A stretch of 29,907 nt of DNA from Chloroflexota bacterium (GTDB taxonomy: Bacteria > Chloroflexota > Dehalococcoidia > JABGRK01). A model generated the notes under the pieces. The model ran no database searches and was not told the DNA's origin. It saw only the letters and a list, made by a program, of their open reading frames with translations. Below, in pieces: positions 8,712 through 19,224 of this stretch. The position numbers and the translations under genes were made by a program. Each line of letters opens with the position of its first letter. The stretch's first letter is position 1. Location of the stretch: assembly GCA_030665485.1 (NCBI GenBank), contig DAOUZV010000001.1:1-29907 (forward strand). The letters run 5' to 3'.

Positions 8712-9929
8712 ATGACTACAAGTTTTATGAAAGCAGCACACATGCTGGTGACCTCAGAGTCGGTTACCGAGGGGCATCCTGATAAAATATGCGATCAGAT
8801 ATCTGACGCAGTCCTCGATTCCATTTTAACCGAAGACCCCATGGCCAGGGTGGCCTGCGAGACAATGGTAACCACCGGACTGGTTGTTGTTGCCGGTGAA
8901 ATCACCACGAAATGCTATGTAGAAATTCCTGATATCGTGCGTGAAACCATACGTGAAATAGGTTATACAAGGGCAAAATACGGGTTTGACTGCGACACCT
9001 GCGGCGTGATGGTTGCGCTGCACGGCCAGTCCCCTGATATCGCCATGGGCGTTGATGAGGCGCTGGAAAAAAGGGAGGGCGATGAGGACGATCTGGACTC
9101 ACAGGGTGCCGGTGATCAGGGCATGATGGTGGGCTTTGCCTGCAACGAGACTGAGGAATATATGCCGCTGACGATTTCACTGGCGCATAAACTGACCAAG
9201 CGGCTGGCCAAGGTGAGAAAGGATAAGTCACTGCATTACCTGCGCCCTGATGGCAAATCCCAGGTTACGGTGGAGTACAGCCATGGCGTACCGCAGCGCG
9301 TGTCATCGGTGGTTATCGGTACTCAGCATGACAGCGCCGTGAGCAGCGACACTATTAGAAGAGACGTTATAGAAACCGTTATCAGGGAGATAGTCCCGCA
9401 TAGCCTGCTAGATAAAGATACCATATACTATGTAAACGCTACCGGCCGTTTTGTTATCGGCGGGCCGATGGGCGACTGTGGTCTTACTGGCCGCAAGATA
9501 CTGGTTGATACCTATGGTGGTATTGCCCGCCACGGTGGCGGTGCCTTTTCGGGCAAAGACCCGACGAAGGTGGACCGCTCGGCAGCCTATGCGGCACGTT
9601 ATGCCGCCAAAAACGTGGTTGCTGCAGGGCTTACCGATCGATTAGAGGTAATCCTGGGCTACGTTATTGGTGTGGCGCATCCGGTTTCGGTCACAGTAGA
9701 AAGTTTTGGCACGGCCAAGGTTGACGAGGAGCTTATCGAAAAGCTGGTTAACACGCATATCGATTTCAGCCCGGCGGCCATACTTCGCGACCTCAACCTG
9801 CGCCGGCCGATTTACCGAAATACGGCGGCCTACGGGCACTTTGGCAGGCACGACATAGATGCTCCTTGGGAAGTTACCGACAAGGCTGATATTCTGCGCG
9901 ATGAAGCAGGGCTGAAGCCTAAGAAATAA
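8712..9929 (+). CDS. metK: S-adenosylmethionine synthetase
   Basis: [57 protein letters not shown] and AAYGHFGR. Confidence 0.99.
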   Translation: MTTSFMKAAHMLVTSESVTEGHPDKICDQISDAVLDSILTEDPMARVACETMVTTGLVVVAGEITTKCYVEIPDIVRETIREIGYTRAKYGFDCDTCGVMVALHGQSPDIAMGVDEALEKREGDEDDLDSQGAGDQGMMVGFACNETEEYMPLTISLAHKLTKRLAKVRKDKSLHYLRPDGKSQVTVEYSHGVPQRVSSVVIGTQHDSAVSSDTIRRDVIETVIREIVPHSLLDKDTIYYVNATGRFVIGGPMGDCGLTGRKILVDTYGGIARHGGGAFSGKDPTKVDRSAAYAARYAAKNVVAAGLTDRLEVILGYVIGVAHPVSVTVESFGTAKVDEELIEKLVNTHIDFSPAAILRDLNLRRPIYRNTAAYGHFGRHDIDAPWEVTDKADILRDEAGLKPKK

Positions 9930-9947
9930 ATCACCGCGAAAAAGTAG

Positions 9948-11042
9948 ATGCCTCAAAATATGAGCGAGGTCAAAGCAGTTATTCTTGTAGGAGGAGAGGG
10001 CACACGTCTTCGCCCCCTTACCTCAAGTGCGCCAAAACCCATGGTTCCTGTGCTCAATAGGCCGTTCTTGGAGCACGTGTTTAAGAACCTCAGTAACCAT
10101 GGCATCAGGGACATAGTACTTGCACTGTGCTATTTGCCGGATAATATCCAGAGCTATTTCGGCAACGGCTCCGATTTTGGAATCAACTTAACCTACGTGG
10201 TTGAGGATTTTCCGCTGGGCACCGCCGGCGCGGTTAAGAACGTCTCCGATCTTATCGATAGTACTTTTCTTGTGCTCAACGGCGATGTTTACACCAACCT
10301 TGATATTACATCTATGGTTGCTTTACATAAAGATAGAGGGGCCAAGGCAACCATAGCGCTTACCCCCGTAGAAGACCCCAGCGCTTATGGAGTCGTAGAT
10401 ACTGACATCGATGGTAGGGTTAAAAGCTTCATTGAGAAGCCGAAGAGGGAGGATGCCCCCTCCAATATGATCAATGCCGGTACATATGTACTTGAGCCCG
10501 ATGTGCTTAAGCATGTGGAACCGCACACCTTTTGTATGTTTGAAAACTACCTTTTTCCGCTGCTGCTTGATACGGGTGAACCCGTTTATGCCTACCCGTC
10601 AGACGCTTACTGGATAGATATCGGCACGCCGGAAAAGTACGCTAGCCTTAATCAACATTTGCTTTCTGGTGATTATGAAATCGACAGCAGCTGCAATATC
10701 CATCACAGCGCCAAGATAACCGGCGCCGTTCAGTTCGGCAGTAATTGCACCGTTGAATCGAACGTGATGGTGGAGGGGCCGACGGTTATAGGGGATAGAT
10801 GCGTTATCAAGCGAAACTCGGTTATTAAAGAGGCTATAATATGGCCCGACACAATCATAGAAGAGGGTACAAGGATAGAAAACAGTATTGTTGGCGACGG
10901 CTGCCATATCGGTGCGGGCGCTTGTGTAATCGATGGGGTTGTGCTGGGTGGTAAAGTGGTTGTTGGCAGCGGATGTAAAATAAGCTGCAACGTAAGGGTT
11001 GATTACGGCGAGTGTATCGATCCTGATACGGTTATCGAGTAA
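9948..11042 (+). CDS. NDP-sugar pyrophosphorylase, mannose-1-phosphate guanylyltransferase-like, with C-terminal left-handed beta-helix
   Basis: GGEGTRLRPLT, PKPMVP, PLGTAGAVK, NGD and WIDIGTP, followed by hexapeptide repeats. Start could be 9948 or 9960. Confidence 0.85.
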   Translation: MPQNMSEVKAVILVGGEGTRLRPLTSSAPKPMVPVLNRPFLEHVFKNLSNHGIRDIVLALCYLPDNIQSYFGNGSDFGINLTYVVEDFPLGTAGAVKNVSDLIDSTFLVLNGDVYTNLDITSMVALHKDRGAKATIALTPVEDPSAYGVVDTDIDGRVKSFIEKPKREDAPSNMINAGTYVLEPDVLKHVEPHTFCMFENYLFPLLLDTGEPVYAYPSDAYWIDIGTPEKYASLNQHLLSGDYEIDSSCNIHHSAKITGAVQFGSNCTVESNVMVEGPTVIGDRCVIKRNSVIKEAIIWPDTIIEEGTRIENSIVGDGCHIGAGACVIDGVVLGGKVVVGSGCKISCNVRVDYGECIDPDTVIE

Positions 11043-11060
11043 TTAATCGGAGTTATTTAT

Positions 11061-12485
11061 ATGTCAAGTAGCCCCATAAAGTTCGGCACAGATGGCTGGC
11101 GTGCCGTTATCGCAGAGGATTTTACCTTTGATAACGTGCGTATTTGTGCACAGGCGGTGGCCAATTTTCTGGCCGACGTTAAGATGGCAGATAAAGGTTT
11201 GGTTATTGGTTACGACACAAGATACGCCTCGGAGCGTTTTGCTGTCGCGGCAGCCGAAATAATTGCCGGAAACAACATCAAAGCTTACCTGTGCCGCAGG
11301 ACATCGCCTACACCTGTAATCTCCTATGGTATCCTTGTGAAGCAGGCCGCAGGGGCGATTATCATCACCGCTAGCCATAATCCGGCAGAGTGGAACGGAT
11401 TTAAGTATAAACCAGAGTATGCCGGCAGTGCCTCGCCGGAGGTCATATCCCAGATTGAAAGCCATATCCCCGGTATCATAGATTCGGGCGATGTTCGCAG
11501 TATCGCGCTGAAGGAGGGGCTTAAAAAGGGACTGATCAAATATATCGATCCATTCCCAGCTTATTACGAACAGATACGCAAGCTCGTTGACATTGATGCC
11601 ATTCGCAGTGCAGGACTAAACGTGGCCGTAGATTCCATGTATGGCGCCGGTGCTGGCATCTTTAAAAAAATTCTCGCAGGCGGCAGCACCAAAGTTACCG
11701 AGATAAACCGCAACAGAAACCCGCTTTTTCCTGGCATTCAACCGGAGCCTATCGCTGTCAACCTGAAAAAGCTGTCGCGCATGATGGGCCGCGGCTACGA
11801 TGTTGGCCTTGCCACAGACGGCGATGCTGATCGCATTGGCATTGTAGGTGAGCAGGGCGAATTTATTACGCAGTTGGTAACATACGCGCTGCTGACGCTT
11901 TATATGCTGGAGGTTTTACAGCAGCGTGGCGCAATAGTAAAAACCATCACCACCACCGACATGGTCTATCAGTTGGGCCAGATATACGATGTGCCAGTTT
12001 TGGAAACGTCGGTTGGGTTCAAGTACGTGGGCCCGCTGATGATCAAGGAAAACGCCCTTATTGGCGGCGAGGAAAGCGGCGGCTACGGCTTCCGTGGTCA
12101 TATTCCAGAGCGGGACGGCATTTTGGCCGGACTCTATTTTCTCGATCTGATGATAAAGCTGAAGATGAAGCCGTCGCAGCTGGTGGCACACCTGTACAAC
12201 AAAGTTGGCCCCCACTATTATCACAGAATAGACCTTGATTTTCCCGCAAAAGATCGTGGCGCTATAGTGTCACGCGTTAAAAACAGCAACCCGGAACAGA
12301 TCGACGGCACTCCGGTAGTCAGAGTCGATACCCTTGATGGATATCGTTTCAGGCTGGCCGATACATCGTGGCTGCTGATACGTTTTTCGGGAACAGAGCC
12401 CATACTGCGTATCTACGCCGAGACGTCATCACCGGAGCGGGTGCAAAGGCTACTTGCCGAAGGCAAAAAACTAACGGGGGTTTAA
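11061..12485 (+). CDS. Phosphoglucomutase/phosphomannomutase family protein
   Basis: KFGTDGWR, phosphoserine loop TASHNP, metal loop DGDADR, GEESGG and RFSGTEP. Confidence 0.93.
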   Translation: MSSSPIKFGTDGWRAVIAEDFTFDNVRICAQAVANFLADVKMADKGLVIGYDTRYASERFAVAAAEIIAGNNIKAYLCRRTSPTPVISYGILVKQAAGAIIITASHNPAEWNGFKYKPEYAGSASPEVISQIESHIPGIIDSGDVRSIALKEGLKKGLIKYIDPFPAYYEQIRKLVDIDAIRSAGLNVAVDSMYGAGAGIFKKILAGGSTKVTEINRNRNPLFPGIQPEPIAVNLKKLSRMMGRGYDVGLATDGDADRIGIVGEQGEFITQLVTYALLTLYMLEVLQQRGAIVKTITTTDMVYQLGQIYDVPVLETSVGFKYVGPLMIKENALIGGEESGGYGFRGHIPERDGILAGLYFLDLMIKLKMKPSQLVAHLYNKVGPHYYHRIDLDFPAKDRGAIVSRVKNSNPEQIDGTPVVRVDTLDGYRFRLADTSWLLIRFSGTEPILRIYAETSSPERVQRLLAEGKKLTGV

Positions 12486-12486
12486 A

Positions 12487-13548
12487 ATGAACAACCTCGA
12501 TGACTTAAGGCTCTATAGCAAAATGGACCCTGACGGTATGATGAAGGCCATTCGTGATTTGCAGCAGCAACTTAAGACAGCTCTTGGTTTAGGCATGCAA
12601 TTCAAACTGCCTCATCGCCATCGCCAGATAAACAAGGTTGTTGTATTGGGTATGGGCGGTTCTGCCATCGGTGGAGACCTTATCGGTGGCCTGTTATCGC
12701 AAGAAGCACGCGTGCCCGTCATCGTCAGTCGTGGTTACAACTTGCCCAAGTACGTAGACGGCCAGACGCTGGTAATAGCCTCCAGCTATTCGGGCAACAC
12801 TGAAGAAACCATCGCTGCTTTTGAGCAGGCGTTAAAGACCAACGCCAAAAAGCTGGTTATCACCACCGGCGGCAAGCTTAAAACGCTGGCCGAGCGTAGA
12901 AACGTGCCGGTGTGCGTTTTTAACTATAAGGCTCAACCGAGGGCGGTGCTTGGTTACAGTATGGGCTTGATGATAGGCATTTTACATAATATCGGTGTCA
13001 TTGGCAGTAAATCTGACGAGGTGACCGAGACGATTAAAACTATCAATGACATATCGGCAAAAATCGACGCTGTGGTGCCGCTGTCCTATAATCCTGCAAA
13101 GCAACTGGCGCAAAAGCTGGTTGGTAAAATAGTGGTAGTTTACGGTGGAGGGATATTTGCTGAAGTTGCGCATCGCTGGAAGACGCAGGTCAATGAAAAC
13201 AGCAAGGCATGGGCCTTCTACGAGGCCTACTCGGAGCTAAATCACAATGCGGTGGTTGGCTATGAGTTTCCCCGTGAGCTTGCCGATAAAGTGTACGTAG
13301 TGATGTTGCGTGCGCTATCCATCCACCCCCGCAATCTGAAGCGGTATGAGCTTACCGCCGGGATACTTGATAAATCCGGCGTTAGTTATGAGATATTAGA
13401 CGCGGTAGGGGAGAGCCTTCTCAGTCAGGCCATGAGCCTTATCTTTTTCGGCGACTGGGTTACCTACTATCTTGCCATCCTCTACGGAGTAGACCCCTCT
13501 CCGGTCAAGGTCATAAGCGCCCTCAAAGATAAGCTGGCACAGGCATAG
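12487..13548 (+). CDS. Bifunctional phosphoglucose/phosphomannose isomerase (archaeal-type, SIS fold)
   Basis: GMGGSAIGGD, SYSGNTEET, RWKTQVNENSK and ELNHN. Confidence 0.9.
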   Translation: MNNLDDLRLYSKMDPDGMMKAIRDLQQQLKTALGLGMQFKLPHRHRQINKVVVLGMGGSAIGGDLIGGLLSQEARVPVIVSRGYNLPKYVDGQTLVIASSYSGNTEETIAAFEQALKTNAKKLVITTGGKLKTLAERRNVPVCVFNYKAQPRAVLGYSMGLMIGILHNIGVIGSKSDEVTETIKTINDISAKIDAVVPLSYNPAKQLAQKLVGKIVVVYGGGIFAEVAHRWKTQVNENSKAWAFYEAYSELNHNAVVGYEFPRELADKVYVVMLRALSIHPRNLKRYELTAGILDKSGVSYEILDAVGESLLSQAMSLIFFGDWVTYYLAILYGVDPSPVKVISALKDKLAQA

Positions 13549-13556
13549 TTTTTAGT

Positions 13557-13590
13557 AAAACAAAAGCAGCGGCCGAATTCGACCGCTGCC
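13557..13590 (-). terminator. Intrinsic terminator of the ribosomal superoperon
   Basis: The minus strand reads GGCAGCGGTCG-AATT-CGGCCGCTGC followed by TTTTGTTTT. The G-U pairs work only on the minus strand. Lies between the convergent pgi-pmi and rpsI genes. Confidence 0.85.
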
Positions 13591-13615
13591 GTAATTTTCA
13601 AAGATGCTTTTTCTT

Positions 13616-14011
13616 TTATCTCTTGGTATACTGTGGCGCCTTGCGGGCTCTTTTGAGTCCGTATTTTTTACGCTCTTTCATTCTGGGGTCGCGAGTAAGC
13701 ATGCCGTTGCTCTTAAGTATAGGTTTCAGGCTCTCATCGGCTTTTACCAGCGCTCTTGATATACCATGTGAAATGGCTCCGGCTTGGCCTGAAATACCTC
13801 CGCCCTCAACTTTAACTACGGCATTGTACTGGTTTGAGGTGTTGGTCAGCTTCAGTGGCTGCAGTATGACATCCTGCAGAACCTTCCTGGCAACGTTTTC
13901 TTCCAGTGGCTTGCCGTTTATAATAACAACGCCCTCGCCCTTCGTCAGCCTTACCTGTGCTGTGGATGTCTTTCTTCTTCCTGTGCCACTAAAATAGGTA
14001 TGTTCGCTCAA
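13616..14011 (-). CDS. rpsI: 30S ribosomal protein S9
   Basis: [18 protein letters not shown] and RERKKYG-like C-terminus ending APQYTKR. TTG start with AGGAGG RBS. Confidence 0.98.
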   Translation of the reverse strand: MSEHTYFSGTGRRKTSTAQVRLTKGEGVVIINGKPLEENVARKVLQDVILQPLKLTNTSNQYNAVVKVEGGGISGQAGAISHGISRALVKADESLKPILKSNGMLTRDPRMKERKKYGLKRARKAPQYTKR

Positions 14012-14028
14012 AACCTTAAAACCTCCTG

Positions 14029-14448
14029 CTATTTGCCTTGTACCTGAGCCTCGTGCGGATGCGTTGGCCCGGTATACACTTTCAGTTTTTTAAACATTGC
14101 TGCTCCCAGCCGGTTGTGAGGCAGCATTCCCTTTATTGCGTGCTCTATTATTCTCGTGGGATGTTTTTCCATCATCCTGGCGTAGTTCGCACTTTTTAAG
14201 CCGCCGGGGTAGTTTGAGTGACGGTAGTACATTTTCTGATCGGTCTTGTTACCGGTTACCACCACCTTTTTGGCATTTATCACTATTACATAGTCTCCAA
14301 CATCCAAGTTTGTGGTATATATTGGCTTATGCTTGCCCTTGAGCAGTACAGCAGCTTCTGTTGCTAGCCTGCCTAGCGTTTTGCCCTCGGCATCCATAAC
14401 GTGCCAGGCGCGCTCTATATCTGCTTTTTTAACACTGTATGTTTTCAT
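14029..14448 (-). CDS. rplM: 50S ribosomal protein L13
   Basis: [34 protein letters not shown] and KGMLP. Confidence 0.98.
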   Translation of the reverse strand: MKTYSVKKADIERAWHVMDAEGKTLGRLATEAAVLLKGKHKPIYTTNLDVGDYVIVINAKKVVVTGNKTDQKMYYRHSNYPGGLKSANYARMMEKHPTRIIEHAIKGMLPHNRLGAAMFKKLKVYTGPTHPHEAQVQGK

Positions 14449-15230
14449 TCTTCTTCCCCGTATATGTCGATGTCGTAGTTTATTTTCATCAAGTACAGCC
14501 CGTATGGCGGGGCCGTAGGCCCGGCCAACCCATACTTCTTTGCGTTTATTATACCCCTAAACGCTTCTATCTTCAGCTCTCCCGTGCCCACTCTCAGTAA
14601 AGTTCCCACAGTTCTGCGTATCTGCTGCTTTAAAAACGAATCGGCTTTGATATCGAATAATACCAGTTCGCCCTCTTTACTGGCTTTGGCTTCGTACACG
14701 GTTCGTACGGTGCTCTCCGAATAATTATCCGCCTGTGTAAAAGAGGCGAAGTCCGCTTTTCCGATGAGCTCCTGCGATGCCTCATGCATGGCGTCGATAT
14801 CCAGCGGAGTAGCTACCTGATACGCTCTGTTCACCTGAAGCGCCGAGCGCTGTGGGCTGTTTAGGACCCGGTAGCGATATTCTCTGTTTTTAGCTTCCTT
14901 TCTTAGTCTGAAGTTGCTGTCTATTTGGCGTGCCGCCTTAATTGCTATATCCTGAGGTAGATGGTAGTTTAATCCATCTATAAAGTTGCTGTTTTTGAGA
15001 GCCGACCGCGTTTTAAAGCCTATAACCTGTCCATTAGCGTGCACCCCTGCGTCGGTACGGCTGGCCCCTATTATTCTTATTTGTTCTCCCGTCAGTTTTT
15101 CAATCGCCTGTTCCAGTTCACGCTGGATGGTCGGTTCCTGAGCTTGAAGCTGAAAACCATGATATCTTGTGCCCTCGTATTCAACAACACAAATAATCAT
15201 TCTAGTTGTCGAATGCTGCTCAACCATCAC
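14445..15230 (-). CDS. truA: tRNA pseudouridine(38-40) synthase
   Basis: [34 protein letters not shown] and TAPPYGLYL. The start (15230, 15227 or 15200) is uncertain. Confidence 0.96.
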   Translation of the reverse strand: MMVEQHSTTRMIICVVEYEGTRYHGFQLQAQEPTIQRELEQAIEKLTGEQIRIIGASRTDAGVHANGQVIGFKTRSALKNSNFIDGLNYHLPQDIAIKAARQIDSNFRLRKEAKNREYRYRVLNSPQRSALQVNRAYQVATPLDIDAMHEASQELIGKADFASFTQADNYSESTVRTVYEAKASKEGELVLFDIKADSFLKQQIRRTVGTLLRVGTGELKIEAFRGIINAKKYGLAGPTAPPYGLYLMKINYDIDIYGEEE

Positions 15231-15577
15231 ACCAGTTCTAGTTGGACCATAAACGCGCCGTCGCCTTGGCGTGGACCAAGCCTCAGGATACGTGTATATC
15301 CGCCGCTGCGGCCGGCATATCTTGTGCTCAGTTCATCAAATACCTTATCTACTACATGCTTGTCTGTAACCAAAGTGATAACGCGCCGCCGCGCGCTTAA
15401 ACTGCCATCCTGGCCCAGCGAAATTATCTTTTCCGCAAGTCCTCTAGATTCTTTTGCCTTGGCTTCGGTGGTAACTATCTTCTCGTGTTTGAGGAGGTCT
15501 GTTGCCAGGTTTTTAAATAATGCCAACCTGTGGGAAGAAGACCGTCCCAGCCTACGTCCGGCTACCCTATGCCTCAT
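15227..15577 (-). CDS. rplQ: 50S ribosomal protein L17
   Basis: MRHRVAGRRLGR, KIVTTEAKAKE and RSGGYTRI. Confidence 0.98.
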   Translation of the reverse strand: MRHRVAGRRLGRSSSHRLALFKNLATDLLKHEKIVTTEAKAKESRGLAEKIISLGQDGSLSARRRVITLVTDKHVVDKVFDELSTRYAGRSGGYTRILRLGPRQGDGAFMVQLELV

Positions 15578-16580
15578 TTTCTGTAACTTCCTTTTCTTCT
15601 GTTATGTCTTCGGATGTTATATCTTCGGGCTCCCCATCCTCTTTGCCCTCTTCCTCTTCGGATATAAGTCCGAATTCTTTAAGTTTGTCCCACAGTTCTT
15701 CCAGAGACTTCTGTCCGAAGTTCTTGATTTCTTTAAGCAACTGCTCCCTGGTCTTGCCAAGGATCTCTCCAGCTACGGTGAACTTGCTTCTTCTAAGGCT
15801 ATTTAGCGTGCGCACAGAAAGCCCCAGTTGATCTACGGGCATGTTATATTGCTCTTGCGTTATGGAAAGACCGTGTAACGGTTCCTCTGCCTCCTGCTGA
15901 AATTCATCAACATCGCGGAAAATTACTAACCCGTCAATGAGAACTTTGGCCGCTTTCTTGATTACCTCAAGAGCGGTGCTCGTTCCATCCGTCCAGACAT
16001 CCAGTATCAGACGGTCGCAGTTGGTATATTCACCCACACGTATCTTTTCCACGTTGTAGTTTACACGTCGTGTTGGGGAGTATATTGCATCTATTGGAAT
16101 CACCCCCAGCGGTAGGTTTTCATCTGGTTTGGCAATGGAATAACCCTTACCTTGCTCGATATAGAATTCAACCGTGAGTTTGGCCTCTTTTGAATCTAAT
16201 GTGGCCAGATACAGGTCGGGATTGACGATCTCGAAATCGGCCGATGATCTGATATCTGAGGCATGTACCTTTTGCTGCCCGCTCATCTCCAAATTCATCC
16301 TGCCGTGCTGATCAGACAGGGGCCTTAGGCGTATCTCTTTGACGTTGAGCAGTAACTCCATAGTATCCTCTTTAATTCCCGGGATGGTAGAGATTTCGTG
16401 TTCAACTTCATCTATTTTAACCGCGGTTACAGCGGCGCCGGGCAACAGTGCCAATAGAACGCGGCGCATGGCATTACCTAGCGTTATGCCAAAACCGCCG
16501 TCCAAAGGCTCGATGGAGAAACGTCCATAGTTTCCGGTTCCGTCGGTGTACTCTATTTTAGGATTTAGGATTTCTAGCAA
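15567..16580 (-). CDS. rpoA: RNA polymerase subunit alpha
   Basis: TLGNAMRRVLL, PIDAIYSP, LDVWTDG and the alpha-CTD LSVRTLN...KNFGQKSLEE. TTG start with AAGGAGG RBS. Confidence 0.98.
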   Translation of the reverse strand: MLEILNPKIEYTDGTGNYGRFSIEPLDGGFGITLGNAMRRVLLALLPGAAVTAVKIDEVEHEISTIPGIKEDTMELLLNVKEIRLRPLSDQHGRMNLEMSGQQKVHASDIRSSADFEIVNPDLYLATLDSKEAKLTVEFYIEQGKGYSIAKPDENLPLGVIPIDAIYSPTRRVNYNVEKIRVGEYTNCDRLILDVWTDGTSTALEVIKKAAKVLIDGLVIFRDVDEFQQEAEEPLHGLSITQEQYNMPVDQLGLSVRTLNSLRRSKFTVAGEILGKTREQLLKEIKNFGQKSLEELWDKLKEFGLISEEEEGKEDGEPEDITSEDITEEKEVTENEA

Positions 16581-16600
16581 GAAATGCCTCCTTATAGCGA

Positions 16601-17233
16601 CTATCTTGAGTAATATTCAACTACCAGCTGCTCTTGTATGGTTGCATCGATGTCGCTACGTGATGGGTATGACAGTACCTTCCCCGTCATATTTTTGGCA
16701 TCTAAGCTCAGCCAGCTGGGTATTTCTTTGTCCTGAATTACTTCTGCCATCAGCTTGTATATGCCGCTTTTTGTTTTGTTTCCCTTCCAAGCAATTACAT
16801 CTCCGGGTTTAACCTGGCACGATGGGATATCAGTTTTTCGCCCGTTGAGAGTAATATGCCCGTGGCCGACTATTTGCCGCGACTGACGGCGTGAGTCGGC
16901 AAAACCTAAGCGGTAAACCGCGTTATCCAAACGCGTTTCTAAAATCTGAAGCAGGTTTTCGCCGGTAAGACCGGGTCTTTTTTCAGCAGTGGCAAAGTGT
17001 CCGCGAAATTGACGCTCTAGAACACCATAGATGTAACGTACTTTCTGTTTGCCCCTGAGCTGTAAACCTCGGTCCGAGAGCCTGCGTTGTCGGCGGCGGT
17101 TGCCATGTTCTCCGGGGGGATAGCTGCGTTTCTCTAAGGCGCACTTAGGGCTAACGCATCTGTCTCCTTTAAGCATTAGCTTCTCACCTTGCCGACGGCA
17201 AAGCTTACAAACCGGCCCATTGTAGCGGGCCAT
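16601..17233 (-). CDS. rpsD: 30S ribosomal protein S4
   Basis: [21 protein letters not shown] and LETRLDN. Confidence 0.98.
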   Translation of the reverse strand: MARYNGPVCKLCRRQGEKLMLKGDRCVSPKCALEKRSYPPGEHGNRRRQRRLSDRGLQLRGKQKVRYIYGVLERQFRGHFATAEKRPGLTGENLLQILETRLDNAVYRLGFADSRRQSRQIVGHGHITLNGRKTDIPSCQVKPGDVIAWKGNKTKSGIYKLMAEVIQDKEIPSWLSLDAKNMTGKVLSYPSRSDIDATIQEQLVVEYYSR

Positions 17234-17268
17234 AGACCCTCCTCCTTTTCAGCTCTTATTAGCTGATC

Positions 17269-17664
17269 CTATATTCTTCTTCTTTTGGGTGGACGACACC
17301 CGTTATGCGGCATAGGTGTTACGTCTCTTATACTGGTTACACTAAGTCCCGCTGCCTGCAGCGAGCGTATTGCCGCCTCCCGGCCGCTTCCGGGACCCTT
17401 CACGTTAACGTCTACTTGTCTCAACCCATGTTCCATAGCGCGTTTGGCCGCCTCTGTGGCCGCCATCTGTGCGGCGTAGGCCGTGCTCTTGCGCGATCCT
17501 TTAAATCCAACCGTGCCCGCACTTCTCCAGGCAATAACGTTGCCCTGCGGATCGGTTAGAGTGATAATAGTATTGTTGAATGTCGATTGAATAAACGCCT
17601 TCCCTTTTGGAATCTGCTTTCGTTCTCTTCTCCTGACACGGGTCGGTTTTTTCTTGTTGGCCAT
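17269..17664 (-). CDS. rpsK: 30S ribosomal protein S11
   Basis: [23 protein letters not shown] and [12 protein letters not shown]. Confidence 0.98.
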   Translation of the reverse strand: MANKKKPTRVRRRERKQIPKGKAFIQSTFNNTIITLTDPQGNVIAWRSAGTVGFKGSRKSTAYAAQMAATEAAKRAMEHGLRQVDVNVKGPGSGREAAIRSLQAAGLSVTSIRDVTPMPHNGCRPPKRRRI

Positions 17665-17698
17665 ATTTCCTCCGTTATTTTAGCCTTTACGTAATTGA

Positions 17699-18082
17699 CT
17701 ATTTCTTGGCTGCTGCACGTCTTCTACCTGCAACGGTCTTTCGCCCGCCACGTTTGGTTCTGGCATTAGTTTTGGTGCGCTGGCCATGAACGGGAAGCCC
17801 GCGGCGATGCCTGATCCCGCGATAACAACCGATCTCAACAAGCCTTTTTATATTAAGGTTGACCTCGCGTCGGAGGTCCCCCTCAACGGTGTAATTCTTG
17901 TCGATGGCATCTCGGATGCGGCTTACCTCTTCCTCGGTCAGGTCGCGCACTTTTACATCCGGGCTGATGCCGCTGTTGTCAAGAACCTTCTGGCTACGGC
18001 TGCGTCCGATGCCGTAGATATAGGTTAGCGCAATCTCAACCCGCTTATCTTTGGGGAGGTCAACTCCCAGAATACGAGCCAT
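17699..18082 (-). CDS. rpsM: 30S ribosomal protein S13
   Basis: [18 protein letters not shown] and [19 protein letters not shown]. Confidence 0.98.
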   Translation of the reverse strand: MARILGVDLPKDKRVEIALTYIYGIGRSRSQKVLDNSGISPDVKVRDLTEEEVSRIRDAIDKNYTVEGDLRREVNLNIKRLVEIGCYRGIRHRRGLPVHGQRTKTNARTKRGGRKTVAGRRRAAAKK

Positions 18083-18104
18083 TATTCCTCCTAGTTAGGT
18101 ATAA

Positions 18105-18218
18105 CTATCCCTGTCTCTGCTTGTGTCTCGGGTTTTCGCAGATGACCCTTACAACGCCTTTGCGTTTTATTACCTTGCACTTGTCACAGCGCGGTTTTAC
18201 CGAAGCTTGTACCTTCAT
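18105..18218 (-). CDS. rpmJ: 50S ribosomal protein L36, zinc-ribbon form (absent from the supplied ORF track)
   Basis: Hand translation gives [45 protein letters not shown], canonical position between infA and rpsM. Confidence 0.97.
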   Translation of the reverse strand: MKVQASVKPRCDKCKVIKRKGVVRVICENPRHKQRQG

Positions 18219-18236
18219 TGTTTTCCTCTAAACGTC

Positions 18237-18455
18237 CTATTTGAATCTATAAGTAATCCGGCCCCTCGAAAGATCGTATGGAGAAAGTTCTACCAGGACC
18301 TTGTCACCGGTTAGTATCTTAATAAAATGCCGTCTGATTTTCCCAGATATATGCGCCAAAACCTTGTGCCCGTTAGCCAGCTCTACCCGGAACATGGCGT
18401 TGGGTAGCGGCTCCGTTACCGTTCCCTCAACCTCTATTGCATCCTTTTTGGGCAT
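18237..18455 (-). CDS. infA: Translation initiation factor IF-1
   Basis: [15 protein letters not shown] and [16 protein letters not shown]. Confidence 0.98.
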   Translation of the reverse strand: MPKKDAIEVEGTVTEPLPNAMFRVELANGHKVLAHISGKIRRHFIKILTGDKVLVELSPYDLSRGRITYRFK

Positions 18456-18468
18456 ATGTTTTTGTCTC

Positions 18469-19224
18469 CTATGCTTTGGTCAATGTTAATATTTCGGCCT
18501 TGCCGTCGGTTACGGCGATTGTATGTTCAAAGTGAGCCGAAAGACTGCCGTCGGCGGTAATTACCGTCCATCCTGAGTCGGTCAGCTTGGTTTGCCACCC
18601 ACCTGCGTTTACCATCGGTTCAATTGCCAGCGTCATGCCTTTTCTTAAGATCGGGCCGCGCCCTTCTGCGCCGAAATTGGGAATCTGAGGGTCCTCGTGC
18701 ATATCCCGTCCGATGCCGTGCCCTACATATTCTCTGACCACTGAGAAACCGTTTGTTTCGACGTGCCTTTGAATGGCAGACGAAACATCTCCCAGATGAA
18801 CACCGTCTTTGGCTTTGGCTATTCCGGCCATGAGCGATTCTTGAGTTACCCGCATCAGTTTCTGCGCATTTTGGCTTATTTTGCCAACGGCCAACGTTTT
18901 CGCTGCATCTCCCTGAAAGCCGTTATATATCACGCCGAAATCTATGCTTACTATGTCGCCCTCTTTGAGCGTTCTTTTTGAGGGTATGCCGTGTACAATC
19001 TGCTCGTTTACCGAAACGCAAATCGATGCCGGGAATCCGCGGTAACCCTTGAAAGACGGGATGGCGTTATTCTTTTTTGCTTCCTCCTTGGCTATCTTGT
19101 TCAACTCTTGAGTGTTTATTCCCGGTTCAACCGAGCGCTTCAGCTTCTCAAGGACGATTGCGACAATGCTGCCTGCCTGCCGCATTATATCGATCTCTTC
19201 AGGAGATTTTATTATTATTCCCAT
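18469..19224 (-). CDS. map: Methionine aminopeptidase type I
   Basis: [31 protein letters not shown] and SAHFEHT. Confidence 0.98.
   Translation of the reverse strand: MGIIIKSPEEIDIMRQAGSIVAIVLEKLKRSVEPGINTQELNKIAKEEAKKNNAIPSFKGYRGFPASICVSVNEQIVHGIPSKRTLKEGDIVSIDFGVIYNGFQGDAAKTLAVGKISQNAQKLMRVTQESLMAGIAKAKDGVHLGDVSSAIQRHVETNGFSVVREYVGHGIGRDMHEDPQIPNFGAEGRGPILRKGMTLAIEPMVNAGGWQTKLTDSGWTVITADGSLSAHFEHTIAVTDGKAEILTLTKA

Noticed and set aside
15900-16580. Substitutions in usually conserved RpoA N-terminal motifs (LLALLP for LLSSLP, HEIST for HEFST)
   Set aside because: The key RR and assembly motifs are kept. From memory, Dehalococcoidia alpha subunits are generally divergent, so this is probably a lineage trait.
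17249-17266. 6-bp hairpin TCAGCT/AGCTGA just 5' of the rpsD Shine-Dalgarno
   Set aside because: Short, does not cover the SD, and there is no evidence for an S4-binding structure.
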